From assembly GCF_024298765.1 (NCBI RefSeq), contig NZ_CP101210.1: a stretch of DNA of 64,000 nucleotides, one strand, 5' to 3'. Below are positions 22,497 through 34,125 of the stretch, piece after piece. Source of the stretch: Escherichia coli. Its GTDB lineage: Bacteria; Pseudomonadota; Gammaproteobacteria; Enterobacterales; Enterobacteriaceae. Positions within the stretch are counted from its first letter, which is position 1; each line of letters opens with the position of its first letter. A program made the position numbers and the translations under genes. The notes below the pieces were generated by a model. That model worked only from the letters and a program-made list of their open reading frames with translations, was not told the origin of the DNA and searched no databases.

Positions 22497-24959
22497 TCAG
22501 ACTCCTAACTTCCATGAGAGGGTACGTAGCAGATCGGCAAAGACACCAGCAGCTGTAACGTCATTGCCCGCACCATATCCGCGCAGCACCAACGGCAGCG
22601 GCTGATAATAGTGGCTATAGAAGGCCAGAGCGTTTTCGCCATTTTTCACTTTGAACAGCGGATCATTACCATCCACTTCGGCAATCTTCACGCGGCAGAC
22701 GCCATCTTCATCAATATTGCCAACATAGCGCAAAACTTTTCCTTCATCACGGGCCTTCGCCACGCGCGCGGCAAAGAGATCGTCGAGCTGTGACAGATTC
22801 GCCATAAAAGCGGCAACATCACCCTCGGCGTTAAACTCAGTGGGCAGCACAGGTTCAATTTCAATATCCGCCAGCTCCAGTTCACGTCCCGTTTCACGAG
22901 CGAGAATCAATAGTTTACGCGCCACATCCATACCAGAAAGATCATCTCGCGGGTCCGGTTCGGTATAACCCATTTCCCGCGCCAGCGTGGTCGCCTCGGA
23001 GAAACTCATGCCTTCGTCTAACTTGCCGAAGATATAAGAAAGCGAACCTGAAAGAATGCCGGAGAACTTCATCAATTCATCACCTGCATTGAGCAGATTT
23101 TGCAGGTTCTCAATAACCGGTAATCCAGCCCCAACGTTAGTGTCATAGAGGAATTTACGCCGCGATTTTTCCGCCGCATGACGCAACAAATGGTAGTAAT
23201 CCATCGACGAGGTGTTGGCCTTTTTGTTCGGCGTAACAACGTGGAAACCTTCGCGCAGGAAGTCGGCATATTGATCCGCCACTGCCTGGCTGGAGGTGCA
23301 GTCAACAATGACCGGGTTCAGCAGATGATATTCTTTCACGAGGCGAATTAAGCGCCCGAGATTAAACGGCTCTTTGGCTTGCGCCAGTTCTTCCTGCCAG
23401 TTTTCCAGATTAAGGCCATGTACATTGGTGAGCAGAGCCTTCGAGTTGGCAACACCGCAGACACGTAAGTCGATATGTTTATTCTTCAGCCAGCTTTGCT
23501 GACGCTTCAGTTGCTCCAGCAGCGCACCGCCAACGCCACCGACGCCAATCACAAACACTTCGATAACCTGATCGGTATTGAACAGCATCTGATGAGTAAC
23601 GCGCACGCCAGTGGTCGCATCATCGTTATTTACCACGACAGAGATTGAGCGTTCAGAAGATCCCTGAGCAATGGCGACAATGTTGATATTGGCGCGGGCC
23701 AGCGCGGCAAAGAATTTCGCCGAGATCCCACGCAAGGTGCGCATACCATCACCTACCACCGAGATAATGGCCAGCCGTTCCGTCACCGCCAGCGGCTCCA
23801 GTAAGCCTTCTTTCAGTTCCAGGTAGAACTCTTCCTGCATTGCCCGTTCAGCTCGCACACAGTCGCTTTGTGGAACGCAGAAACTGATGCTGTATTCGGA
23901 AGATGATTGCGTAATCAGCACCACGGAAATACGGGCGCGTGACATCGCTGCAAAGACGCGCGCCGCCATGCCGACCATTCCTTTCATCCCCGGGCCGGAA
24001 ACACTGAACATTGCCATATTATTCAGATTGGAAATGCCCTTGACCGGTAATTCGTCTTCATCACGGCTGGCACCAATGAGCGTACCTGGTGCTTGAGGAT
24101 TTCCGGTATTTTTAATCAGGCAAGGGATCTGGAACTGGGCGATGGGGGTAATGGTGCGGGGGTGAAGAACTTTAGCGCCGAAGTAGGAAAGCTCCATCGC
24201 TTCCTGGTAGGACATCGACTTCAACAACCTCGCATCGGGCACCTGACGCGGGTCGCAGGTATAGACCCCGTCAACGTCCGTCCAAATCTCGCAACAATCG
24301 GCGCGTAAACAGGCAGCCAGCACCGCAGCAGAGTAGTCGGAACCGTTGCGTCCAAGCACCACCAGTTCGCCTTTTTCATTACCGGCGGTGAAACCTGCCA
24401 TCAGCACCATGTGATCAGCCGGAATACGACTTGCCGCAATACGGCGGGTGGACTCAGCAATATCGACGGTAGATTCGAGGTAATGCCCCACTGCCAGCAG
24501 TTTTTCGACCGGATCGATAACGGTAACGTTGTGACCGCGCGCTTCTAATACGCCGGCCATAATGGCGATCGACATTTTCTCGCCACGGCAAATCAGCGCA
24601 GCGTTGATGCTATCCGGGCACTGCCCCAACAAACTAATGCCATGCAGGACATGTTTTATTTGGGCAAATTCCTGATCGACGAAAGTTTTCAATTGCGCCA
24701 GCGGGAACCCCGGCTGGGCGGCGGCGAGTCCCGTCAAAAGTTCGGCAAAAATACGTTCGGCATCGCTGATATTGGGTAAAGCATCCTGGCCGCTAATGGT
24801 TTTTTCAATCATCGCCACCAGGTGGTTGGTGATTTTGGCGGGGGCAGAGAGGACGGTGGCCACCTGCCCCTGCCTGGCATTGCTTGCCAGAATATCGGCA
24901 ACCCGCAGAAAACGTTCTGCATTTGCCACTGATGTACCGCCGAACTTCAACACTCGCAT
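22497..24959 (-). CDS. thrA: bifunctional aspartokinase I / homoserine dehydrogenase I
   Basis: ORF 22497..25001; known start [24 protein letters not shown] at an internal ATG; 820 aa. Confidence 0.97.
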
Positions 24960-24982
24960 GGTTGTTACCTCGTTACCTTTGG

Positions 24983-25016
24983 TCGAAAAAAAAGCCCGCA
25001 CTGTCAGGTGCGGGCT
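24983..25016 (-). terminator. thr operon attenuator terminator
   Basis: Minus strand agcccgcacctgacagtgcgggct followed by a run of eight T, between thrL and thrA. Confidence 0.8.
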
Positions 25017-25039
25017 TTTTTCTGTGTTTCCTGTACGCG

Positions 25040-25108
<69 letters not shown>

Positions 25109-25318
25109 TGTTGTGTACTCTGTAATTTTTATCTGTCTGTGCGCTATGCCTATATTGGTTAAAGTATTTAGTGACCTAAGTCAATAAAATTTTAATTTAC
25201 TCACGGCAGGTAACCAGTTCAGAAGCTGCTATCAGACACTCTTTTTTTAATCCACACAGAGACATATTGCCCGTTGCAGTCAGAATGAAAAGCTGAAAAA
25301 TACTTACTAAGGCGTTTT

Positions 25319-26005
25319 TTATTTGGTGATATTTTTTTCAATATCATGCAGCAAACGGTGCAACATTGCCGTGTCTCGTTGCTCTAAAAGCCCCAGGCGT
25401 TGTTGTAACCAGTCGACCAGTTTTATGTCATCTGCCACTGCCAGAGTCGTCAGCAATACCATGGCTCGTTTGCGTAAAGCTTGCAGTTGATGTTGGTCTG
25501 CCGTTGTGTCACTTTTCGCCGGTTGTTGTATTAATGTTGCTAATTGATAGCAATAGACCATCACCGCCTGCCCCAGATTGAGCGAAGGATAATCCGCCAC
25601 CATCGGCACACCAGTAAGAACGTCAGCCAACGCTAACTCTTCGTTAGTCAGCCCGGAATCTTCGCGACCAAACACCAGAGCGGCATGGCTCATCCATGAA
25701 GATTTTTCCTCTAACAGCGGCACCAGTTCTACTGGCGTAGCGTAGTAATGATATTTCGCCCGACTGCGCGCAGTGGTGGCAACAGTGAAATCGACATCGT
25801 GTAACGATTCAGCTAGTGTCTTGAAAACTTTAATATTATCAATAATATCACCAGATCCATGTGCGACCCAACGGGCGGCTGGCTCCAGGTGTGCCTGACT
25901 ATCAACAATCCGCAGTTCGCTAAAACCCATCGTTTTCATTGCCCGCGCCGCTGCCCCAATATTTTCTGCTCTGGCGGGTGCGACCAGAATAATCGTTATA
26001 CGCAT
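25319..26005 (-). CDS. lasT: SpoU-family tRNA/rRNA methyltransferase LasT (YjtD)
   Basis: ORF 25319..26026; likely start MRITIILVAPARAENIGAAARAMKTMGF; 228 aa. Confidence 0.88.
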   Translation of the reverse strand: MRITIILVAPARAENIGAAARAMKTMGFSELRIVDSQAHLEPAARWVAHGSGDIIDNIKVFKTLAESLHDVDFTVATTARSRAKYHYYATPVELVPLLEEKSSWMSHAALVFGREDSGLTNEELALADVLTGVPMVADYPSLNLGQAVMVYCYQLATLIQQPAKSDTTADQHQLQALRKRAMVLLTTLAVADDIKLVDWLQQRLGLLEQRDTAMLHRLLHDIEKNITK

Positions 26006-26404
26006 ATTGCCACTCTTCTTGATCAAATAACCGCGAACCGGGTGATCACTGTCAACTTATTACGCGGTGCAAATTTACAAACTCTTAACGTAAGTCGCAG
26101 AAAAAGCCCTTTACTTAGCTTAAAAAAGGCTAAACTATTTCCTGACTGTACTAACGGTTGAATTGTTAAAAAATGCTATATATCCTTCTGTTTACTTAGG
26201 ATAATTTTATAAAAAATAAATCTCGACAATTGGATTCACCACGTTTATTAGTTGTATGATGCAACTAGTTGGATTATTAAAATAATGTGACGAAAGCTAG
26301 CATTTAGATACGATGATTTCATCAAACTGTTAACGTGCTACAATTGAACTTGATATATGTCAACGAAGCGTAGTTTTATTGGGTGTCCGGCCCCTCTTAG
26401 CCTG

Positions 26405-26545
26405 TTATGTTGCTGTTAAAATGGTTAGGATGACAGCCGTTTTTGACACTGTCGGGTCCTGAGGGAAAGTACCCACGACCAAGCTAATGATGTTGTTGAC
26501 GTTGATGGAAAGTGCATCAAGAACGCAATTACGTACTTTAGTCAT
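26405..26545 (-). CDS. yjjY: small protein YjjY
   Basis: Hand translation of the minus strand: MTKVRNCVLDALSINVNNIISLVVGTFPQDPTVSKTAVILTILTAT (46 aa); below the ORF-track size cut-off. Confidence 0.6.
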   Translation of the reverse strand: MTKVRNCVLDALSINVNNIISLVVGTFPQDPTVSKTAVILTILTAT

Positions 26546-26640
26546 GTTACGCCGATCATGTTAATTTGCAGCATGCATCAGGCAGGTCAGGGACTTTTGT
26601 ACTTCCTGTTTCGATTTAGTTGGCAATTTAGGTAGCAAAC

Positions 26641-27357
26641 ATGCAGACCCCGCACATTCTTATCGTTGAAGACGAGTTGGTAACACGCAACACGTTGAAA
26701 AGTATTTTCGAAGCGGAAGGCTATGATGTTTTCGAAGCGACAGATGGCGCGGAAATGCATCAGATCCTCTCTGAATATGACATCAACCTGGTGATCATGG
26801 ATATCAATCTGCCGGGTAAGAACGGTCTTCTGTTAGCGCGTGAACTGCGCGAGCAGGCGAATGTTGCGTTGATGTTCCTGACTGGCCGTGACAACGAAGT
26901 CGATAAAATTCTCGGCCTCGAAATCGGTGCAGATGACTACATCACCAAACCGTTCAACCCGCGTGAACTGACGATTCGTGCACGCAACCTGCTGTCCCGT
27001 ACCATGAATCTAGGTACTGTCAGCGAAGAACGTCGTAGCGTTGAAAGCTACAAGTTCAATGGTTGGGAACTGGACATCAACAGCCGTTCGTTGATCGGCC
27101 CTGATGGCGAGCAGTACAAGCTGCCGCGCAGCGAGTTCCGCGCCATGCTTCACTTCTGTGAAAACCCAGGCAAAATTCAGTCCCGTGCTGAACTGCTGAA
27201 GAAAATGACCGGCCGTGAGCTGAAACCGCACGACCGTACTGTAGACGTGACGATCCGCCGTATTCGTAAACATTTCGAATCTACGCCGGATACGCCGGAA
27301 ATCATCGCCACCATTCACGGTGAAGGTTATCGCTTCTGCGGTGATCTGGAAGATTAA
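26641..27357 (+). CDS. arcA: aerobic respiration control response regulator ArcA
   Basis: 238 aa [43 protein letters not shown]..., OmpR-family receiver plus winged helix. Confidence 0.97.
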
Positions 27358-27374
27358 TCGGCTTTACCACCGTC

Positions 27375-27410
27375 AAAAAAACGGCGCTTTTTAGCGCCGT
27401 TTTTATTTTT
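27375..27410. terminator. bidirectional terminator between arcA and creD
   Basis: aaaaaaacggcgctttttagcgccgtttttattttt: hairpin flanked by A-run and T-run. Confidence 0.65.
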
Positions 27411-27415
27411 CAACC

Positions 27416-28768
27416 TTATTTCCAGATACGTAATTCATCGTCCATTGTAACGTCTTTACTGGCTTTCATTTTCGGCAGTGAAAACGCATACCAGTCGATA
27501 TTACGGGTCACAAACATCATGCCAGCCAGCGCCACCACCAGCACACTGGTTCCCAACAACAGCGCGCTATCGGCAGAGTTGAGCAGTCCCCACATCACAC
27601 CATCCAGCAACAACAGCGCGAGGGTAAACAACATGCTGTTGCACCAACCTTTCAATACCGCCTGCAAATAAATACCGTTCATTATCGCCCCAATCAGACT
27701 GGCGATTATCCATGCCACGGTAAAACCGGTATGTTCAGAAAGCGCCAGCAAGAGCAAATAAAACATCACCAATGAAAGCCCCACCAGCAAATATTGCATT
27801 GGGTGTAAACGTTGCGCGGTGAGCGTTTCAAAAACAAAGAACGCCATAAAAGTCAGTGCAATCAGCAGAATGGCGTACTTAGTCGCCCGGTCAGTTAATT
27901 GGTATTGATCGGCTGGCGTCGTTACTGCGACGCTAAACGCCGGGAAGTTTTCCCAGCCGGTATCATTGCCTGAAGCAAAACGCTCACCGAGATTATTAGC
28001 AAACCAGCTGCTTTGCCATTGCGCCTGAAAACCTGACTCACTAACTTCCCGTTTGGCTGGTAGAAAATCACCTAAAAAACTGGGATGCGGCCAGTTGCTG
28101 GTTAAGGTCATTTCGCTATTACGCCCGCCAGGCACCACAGAAAGATCGCCGGTACCGCTTAAATTCAGTGCCATATTCAGCTTCAGGTTCTGCTTCCGCC
28201 AGTCCCCTTCGGGTAAAGGGATATGCACGCCCTGCCCGCCTTGCTCTAACCCGGTGCCGGGTTCAATGGTCAGCGCCGTTCCGTTAACTTCAGGCGCTTT
28301 CACCACACCAATACCACGCGCATCCCCGACGCTAATCACAATAAATGGCTTGCCTAAGGTGATATTTGGCGCGTTGAGTTCGCTAAGACGCGAAACATCG
28401 AAATCGGCTTTTAGCGTTAAATCACTGTGCCAGACCTGACCGGTATAAATCCCTATCTTGCGTTCTTCCACGTTCTGATTGCCATCAACCATCAATGACT
28501 CAGGTAACCAAAAATGGATAAAACTTCGTTTCCGCTCCACGGTTTTATCCTCTTCCTGCACCGTATAAAGCTCGGTCACAGGAATAGCGATGAGCGGCCC
28601 AACGAGTTTTTGCGGCCCGCTGGTACTTTGGCGAATCGCATCTTCCACATCGCTACGGTAATCAGCACGTTCGACAATCACCTGCCGAATCAGCATTATC
28701 GGAATCAACAACAGCAATACTGCACCAAACAGGCTAGTCATTTTCCAGAACAGGGGGGATTTCAACAT
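27416..28768 (-). CDS. creD: inner membrane protein CreD
   Basis: 450 aa MLKSPLFWKMTSLFGAVLLLLIPIMLIRQV... Confidence 0.93.
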   Translation of the reverse strand: MLKSPLFWKMTSLFGAVLLLLIPIMLIRQVIVERADYRSDVEDAIRQSTSGPQKLVGPLIAIPVTELYTVQEEDKTVERKRSFIHFWLPESLMVDGNQNVEERKIGIYTGQVWHSDLTLKADFDVSRLSELNAPNITLGKPFIVISVGDARGIGVVKAPEVNGTALTIEPGTGLEQGGQGVHIPLPEGDWRKQNLKLNMALNLSGTGDLSVVPGGRNSEMTLTSNWPHPSFLGDFLPAKREVSESGFQAQWQSSWFANNLGERFASGNDTGWENFPAFSVAVTTPADQYQLTDRATKYAILLIALTFMAFFVFETLTAQRLHPMQYLLVGLSLVMFYLLLLALSEHTGFTVAWIIASLIGAIMNGIYLQAVLKGWCNSMLFTLALLLLDGVMWGLLNSADSALLLGTSVLVVALAGMMFVTRNIDWYAFSLPKMKASKDVTMDDELRIWK

Positions 28769-28825
28769 AGTCTTCTCCTTTGCAATGGCAGCAGGATACG
28801 AAGACTATGTGGGAAGAATTTGAAG

Positions 28826-30250
28826 CTATGTGAAGTGACGGTGAAGTCGAAGCGAGGCCAGCACGCCACCTTCCTGCACGTTGCGCAGCGTGACTTCGCC
28901 GTTAAACAAACGGGCGACCTCACTGACAAACGCCAACCCCAGACCGCTGCTTTTTTGCCCATTTGCACGCGGCAAAGAGTAAAAGCGTTCAAAAATACGT
29001 GACAGCGCGTAGTCAGGAATACCACTACCGGTATCCAGCACCTTAAGGGTGACGTATTCCTGATCCACTTCGGCGCTTAGCGTTATGCGACCGCTCTCGG
29101 GAGTAAAATCGATGGCGTTATCCAGTAAATTTCCCAGCGCCTGCTCCAGTAACGCCGGTTCAGCAGCAACGTTAACCTCGGTGGGCGTAACATGCAGAGT
29201 GATTTTTTTTTCTGCCAACTGCACGGTGCGCGCTTCGCTGACGCGGCGGAATAATGCCGCCACATCAACAGCAGTCAGAACGACTTCCTGACGATTCTCC
29301 AGTCTTGCCTGGCGTAGTAACGTTTCTACCAATGCCTGCATACGCGCATTTTGCGTCAGAATGTTGTCAGTAAAACGAGCCACCACTTCCGGCGGCGGAC
29401 CTTCGCGTAAAATTTCCGCCGCGCCACGAATCGCCGCCAGTGGGCTTTTTAGCTCATGAGTTAACGCATAAATATATTGCTCAATATAGTTTTTCCCCTC
29501 CAGCTTCACGCGCATACTTTCCAGCGCCTGCGCAAGCTTACGCAGCTCGCTACTGCCGAGTTCAGGAAGAGGAACGGGCTTATTGTCAGTGACGGAATCA
29601 GCATAGCGAGTGAGCCGGGCAATGGAGCGGTTGATCCACCAAACCATGCCTGCGCCAATCACCAGTGCAATCCCCAACAAAATGGCGCTGGCCCATAAAA
29701 TTCGCCGCTCGCTGCGCTTAATGACCGGAGCCATCGCCGCGTTCGGTTTGCCTACGCTCAAAACGCCAATAAGCCGCGAGCCGTCCATAATCGGCGCGGC
29801 AACATACATCACAGAACTTTCGGGATCGGCAGGATTTTGCAACGTGCTGCGCGCACCATACTGACCACGCAACGTTAGCCAGACGTCATTCCAGCGCGAA
29901 TAATCCTGTCCAACGGCTTTATTTGCCGAATCGAACAATACTTTGCCCTGCGCATCGGTCATATAGACATGATATTCATTGCGCACTTTGTTAATGCCAC
30001 CGATATTGGCGCGAAACGGGCGATGTTGTAGCTGATTAAACGCCTGCGCCAGTTGCCCATGCGTTGGGTCCCCAGAGAGCAAATCGGGACGCGCCAGCTC
30101 CGCCAGCAACGTTGCGGTGTCGATCAACGTCCCCTCCGTTGCTCTTCGCACGCCCGGTTTAACTTCTTTGACAAAAATGGCCAGTACGAACCAGGCTGCC
30201 ACCACCACCAGTAAAAAATAGCCCAGCAACAACCGCATGCCGATACGCAT
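28826..30250 (-). CDS. creC: sensor histidine kinase CreC
   Basis: 474 aa with two TM segments and HisKA/HATPase motifs (ELKSPLAAIRG; GSGIPD; GLGLAFV). Confidence 0.94.
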   Translation of the reverse strand: MRIGMRLLLGYFLLVVVAAWFVLAIFVKEVKPGVRRATEGTLIDTATLLAELARPDLLSGDPTHGQLAQAFNQLQHRPFRANIGGINKVRNEYHVYMTDAQGKVLFDSANKAVGQDYSRWNDVWLTLRGQYGARSTLQNPADPESSVMYVAAPIMDGSRLIGVLSVGKPNAAMAPVIKRSERRILWASAILLGIALVIGAGMVWWINRSIARLTRYADSVTDNKPVPLPELGSSELRKLAQALESMRVKLEGKNYIEQYIYALTHELKSPLAAIRGAAEILREGPPPEVVARFTDNILTQNARMQALVETLLRQARLENRQEVVLTAVDVAALFRRVSEARTVQLAEKKITLHVTPTEVNVAAEPALLEQALGNLLDNAIDFTPESGRITLSAEVDQEYVTLKVLDTGSGIPDYALSRIFERFYSLPRANGQKSSGLGLAFVSEVARLFNGEVTLRNVQEGGVLASLRLHRHFT

Positions 30251-30939
30251 TACAGGCCCCTCAGGCTATATCCCATGCCGCGATGAGTATTAATCGGTGA
30301 AAGATCGGGGTTGATGGCGCGCAGCTTGGCACGCAGCGTTTTAATGTGGGTATCGACGGTGCGATCGTAGGTGTCCTGCGCATCTTCCCATACGCTATCC
30401 ATCAGTTGCTGGCGGGACCAGACGCGGCCCGGTGACTTGAGTAACGTCTTCAACAATAAAAACTCATACCGCGTCAGCGCTAATGGCGTGTCAAACCAGC
30501 TGATCTGCGCCGCGGGTTCATTCAATTCAAAATGTCCAATACGGATGACGGGAGACGGCGTCGAGAACTTCTTCACCCGACGCAGTAAGGTGCGCACCCT
30601 GGCGCACACTTCGCGGGGTGAAAACGGTTTAGCCACATAGTCGTCAGCGCCAATTTCCAGCCCAAGCAGGCGATCGACCTCTTCACTTCGGGCCGTCAGG
30701 AACAGTACAGGTAACGCCGGATGGAGCGCCAGTAACTGGCGGCACAATTCAAAGCCACTGATATCAGGCAAACCAACGTCGAGAATCATGACATCGGGAA
30801 CCTGCTGACGAGCTTTATCCAGCACCGGCAAGCCTCGCTCAAAGACCTCGACGGCAAAACCTTCCTGCTGCAACATGTAGACCAGCGTGTCGGCTATCCC
30901 TTGCTCATCTTCCACTAACCAGACCGTTTCCCGTTGCAT
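30250..30939 (-). CDS. creB: response regulator CreB (OmpR family)
   Basis: 229 aa MQRETVWLVEDEQGIADTLVYMLQQEGF...; 1-nt overlap with creC. Confidence 0.94.
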   Translation of the reverse strand: MQRETVWLVEDEQGIADTLVYMLQQEGFAVEVFERGLPVLDKARQQVPDVMILDVGLPDISGFELCRQLLALHPALPVLFLTARSEEVDRLLGLEIGADDYVAKPFSPREVCARVRTLLRRVKKFSTPSPVIRIGHFELNEPAAQISWFDTPLALTRYEFLLLKTLLKSPGRVWSRQQLMDSVWEDAQDTYDRTVDTHIKTLRAKLRAINPDLSPINTHRGMGYSLRGL

Positions 30940-30951
30940 AAATCGCCTCTG

Positions 30952-31425
30952 TTATTGCCGCCACGGCATGACAGGAACCGCGCTAATCGCGTTTTTCGGC
31001 GAACCTTCTACAACTTTGTCGGAGTAAGCCAGATAAGCGAGCGCGTTGCGTTTGGCGTCATAAAAGCGCACGACCTGTAACGACTTAAAGACCAGGGACG
31101 TGCGTTTTTTGAATACTACCTCGCCCTGAGCTTTGCCGTTTTTAATACGATCCGACAGTTCAATCGGCCCGACTTGCTGACAAGAAATGGCCGCATCGGA
31201 GGTATCTTCCGCCAGACCCAATCCCCCTTTAATACCACCGGTTTTCGCCCGGCTCACATAACAGGTGACATTTTTCACATCGGGATCATCAAAGGCTTCC
31301 ACAACAATTTTGTGATCCGGGCCGATCATTTTAAATACGGTGTCGACCGAACCAATCTCTTCTGCATGAGCCAATGGCCCCAGCATTATCAGGCTTAAAG
31401 ACAGGATCAAATGCTTGTATTTCAT
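30952..31425 (-). CDS. creA: periplasmic protein CreA
   Basis: 157 aa [32 protein letters not shown]... Confidence 0.92.
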
Positions 31426-31635
31426 ATTGTTACCATTTTTATCTATTACACGAGCAATTAGTTCGTCACGGTAAATAACATATTGATTAAGAACAAAATC
31501 TCAATACTTTTATTTCCGTCAAGTCCTAAAACATACTCTACTAAGAAAAAAACACTGAATGCTAAAACAGCAAAAAATGCTATTATCCAATTACCTGATG
31601 TCAGGTGCTCGTTGTTGAAAGGATGAGGATATTTT

Positions 31636-32505
31636 ATGGATCAGGCCGGCATTATTCGCGACCTTTTAATCTGGCTGGAAGGTCATCTGGATCAGCCCCT
31701 GTCGCTCGACAATGTAGCGGCGAAAGCAGGTTATTCCAAGTGGCACTTACAGAGAATGTTTAAAGATGTCACTGGCCATGCTATTGGCGCGTATATTCGT
31801 GCTCGTCGTTTGTCGAAATCGGCGGTCGCACTACGCCTGACTGCGCGTCCGATTCTGGACATCGCGCTGCAATACCGCTTCGACTCTCAACAGACATTTA
31901 CCCGCGCATTCAAGAAGCAGTTTGCCCAGACTCCTGCACTTTACCGCCGTTCTCCTGAATGGAGCGCCTTTGGTATTCGCCCGCCGCTACGTCTGGGTGA
32001 ATTCACTATGCCAGAGCACAAATTTGTCACCCTGGAAGATACGCCGCTGATTGGTGTTACCCAGAGCTACTCCTGTTCGCTGGAGCAAATCTCTGATTTC
32101 CGCCATGAAATGCGTTATCAGTTCTGGCACGATTTTCTCGGCAACGCGCCGACCATTCCGCCGGTGCTCTACGGCCTGAATGAAACGCGTCCGAGTCAGG
32201 ATAAAGACGACGAACAAGAAGTATTCTATACCACCGCGTTAGCCCAGGATCAGGCAGATGGCTATGTACTGACGGGGCATCCGGTGATGCTGCAGGGCGG
32301 CGAATATGTGATGTTTACCTATGAAGGTCTGGGAACCGGCGTGCAGGAGTTTATCCTGACGGTATACGGGACGTGCATGCCAATGCTCAACCTGACGCGC
32401 CGTAAAGGTCAGGATATTGAGCGATACTACCCGGCAGAAGATGCCAAAGCGGGAGATCGCCCAATTAATCTGCGCTGTGAACTACTGATTCCGATCCGTC
32501 GTTAA
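31636..32505 (+). CDS. rob: AraC/XylS-family regulator Rob
   Basis: 289 aa MDQAGIIRDLLIWLEGHLDQPLSLDNVAAKAGYSKWHLQRMFK... Confidence 0.96.
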   Translation: MDQAGIIRDLLIWLEGHLDQPLSLDNVAAKAGYSKWHLQRMFKDVTGHAIGAYIRARRLSKSAVALRLTARPILDIALQYRFDSQQTFTRAFKKQFAQTPALYRRSPEWSAFGIRPPLRLGEFTMPEHKFVTLEDTPLIGVTQSYSCSLEQISDFRHEMRYQFWHDFLGNAPTIPPVLYGLNETRPSQDKDDEQEVFYTTALAQDQADGYVLTGHPVMLQGGEYVMFTYEGLGTGVQEFILTVYGTCMPMLNLTRRKGQDIERYYPAEDAKAGDRPINLRCELLIPIRR

Positions 32506-33149
32506 CGCTGCAGCTCATCTAATGCAGGGGCGTCCAGATGCGAGATGTCCCCTGCGGTTTCAACGACCCAGCCAGACGCCAGCCACAGGCTTTCCTGATA
32601 ATCCACGCGCGAAATAGAACAGTTACGCAGACGTAAGCGGCGCTCTGCCCATGCTGGTAATCCGAGAATCGTACTCACCAGACATCCCAGTGCAATACCA
32701 TGGCTCACCAGCAGCGGTCGGCTTCCCTGCGGTAAGTCCCGGCAAGATTCCAGTGCCGCATTGACGCGATCGCTGAGCTCCTGCATTGACTCGCCTTCAG
32801 GAATACGCCCGTCAACGGTGCCATTGACCAGCTGCCGACGCCAGTTCTCTTCTTCTTCGGTGAGTGAATCGATATTTCTTGTTTCCAGTACACCCATATT
32901 TAATTCACGCAGGCGAGAATCAAAGATGATGTCACAGCCGCAGGCCTGGGCGATGATTTCCGCCGTGCGCCGGGTCCGTCCTAAATCGCTACTGATGATA
33001 TGCGTAATGCCAAGCTCTTTGGCACGGGTTGCCACCTGCATCGCCTGTTGCTCACCTTTGGCGGTCAGCGGGCTGTCAGACTGGCCCTGAATACGTCGCT
33101 CGGCGTTCCACTGCGTTTCACCGTGGCGGACTAGGTATACCTGTAACAT
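32502..33149 (-). CDS. gpmB: probable phosphoglycerate mutase GpmB (YtjC)
   Basis: 215 aa MLQVYLVRHGETQWNAERRIQGQSDSPLT..., histidine phosphatase RHGE motif. Confidence 0.94.
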   Translation of the reverse strand: MLQVYLVRHGETQWNAERRIQGQSDSPLTAKGEQQAMQVATRAKELGITHIISSDLGRTRRTAEIIAQACGCDIIFDSRLRELNMGVLETRNIDSLTEEEENWRRQLVNGTVDGRIPEGESMQELSDRVNAALESCRDLPQGSRPLLVSHGIALGCLVSTILGLPAWAERRLRLRNCSISRVDYQESLWLASGWVVETAGDISHLDAPALDELQR

Positions 33150-33188
33150 GCTTTTTTTCCGTATACTGCTGTAACGTTAATTTTCTGA

Positions 33189-34051
<863 letters not shown>

Positions 34052-34125
34052 TTAGCGGGGGAAGCAAAATGCCTCCCCCGGTTGTACTCGCTAAAGAGTA
34101 CGATAGCATATCATAAACGTGCGGA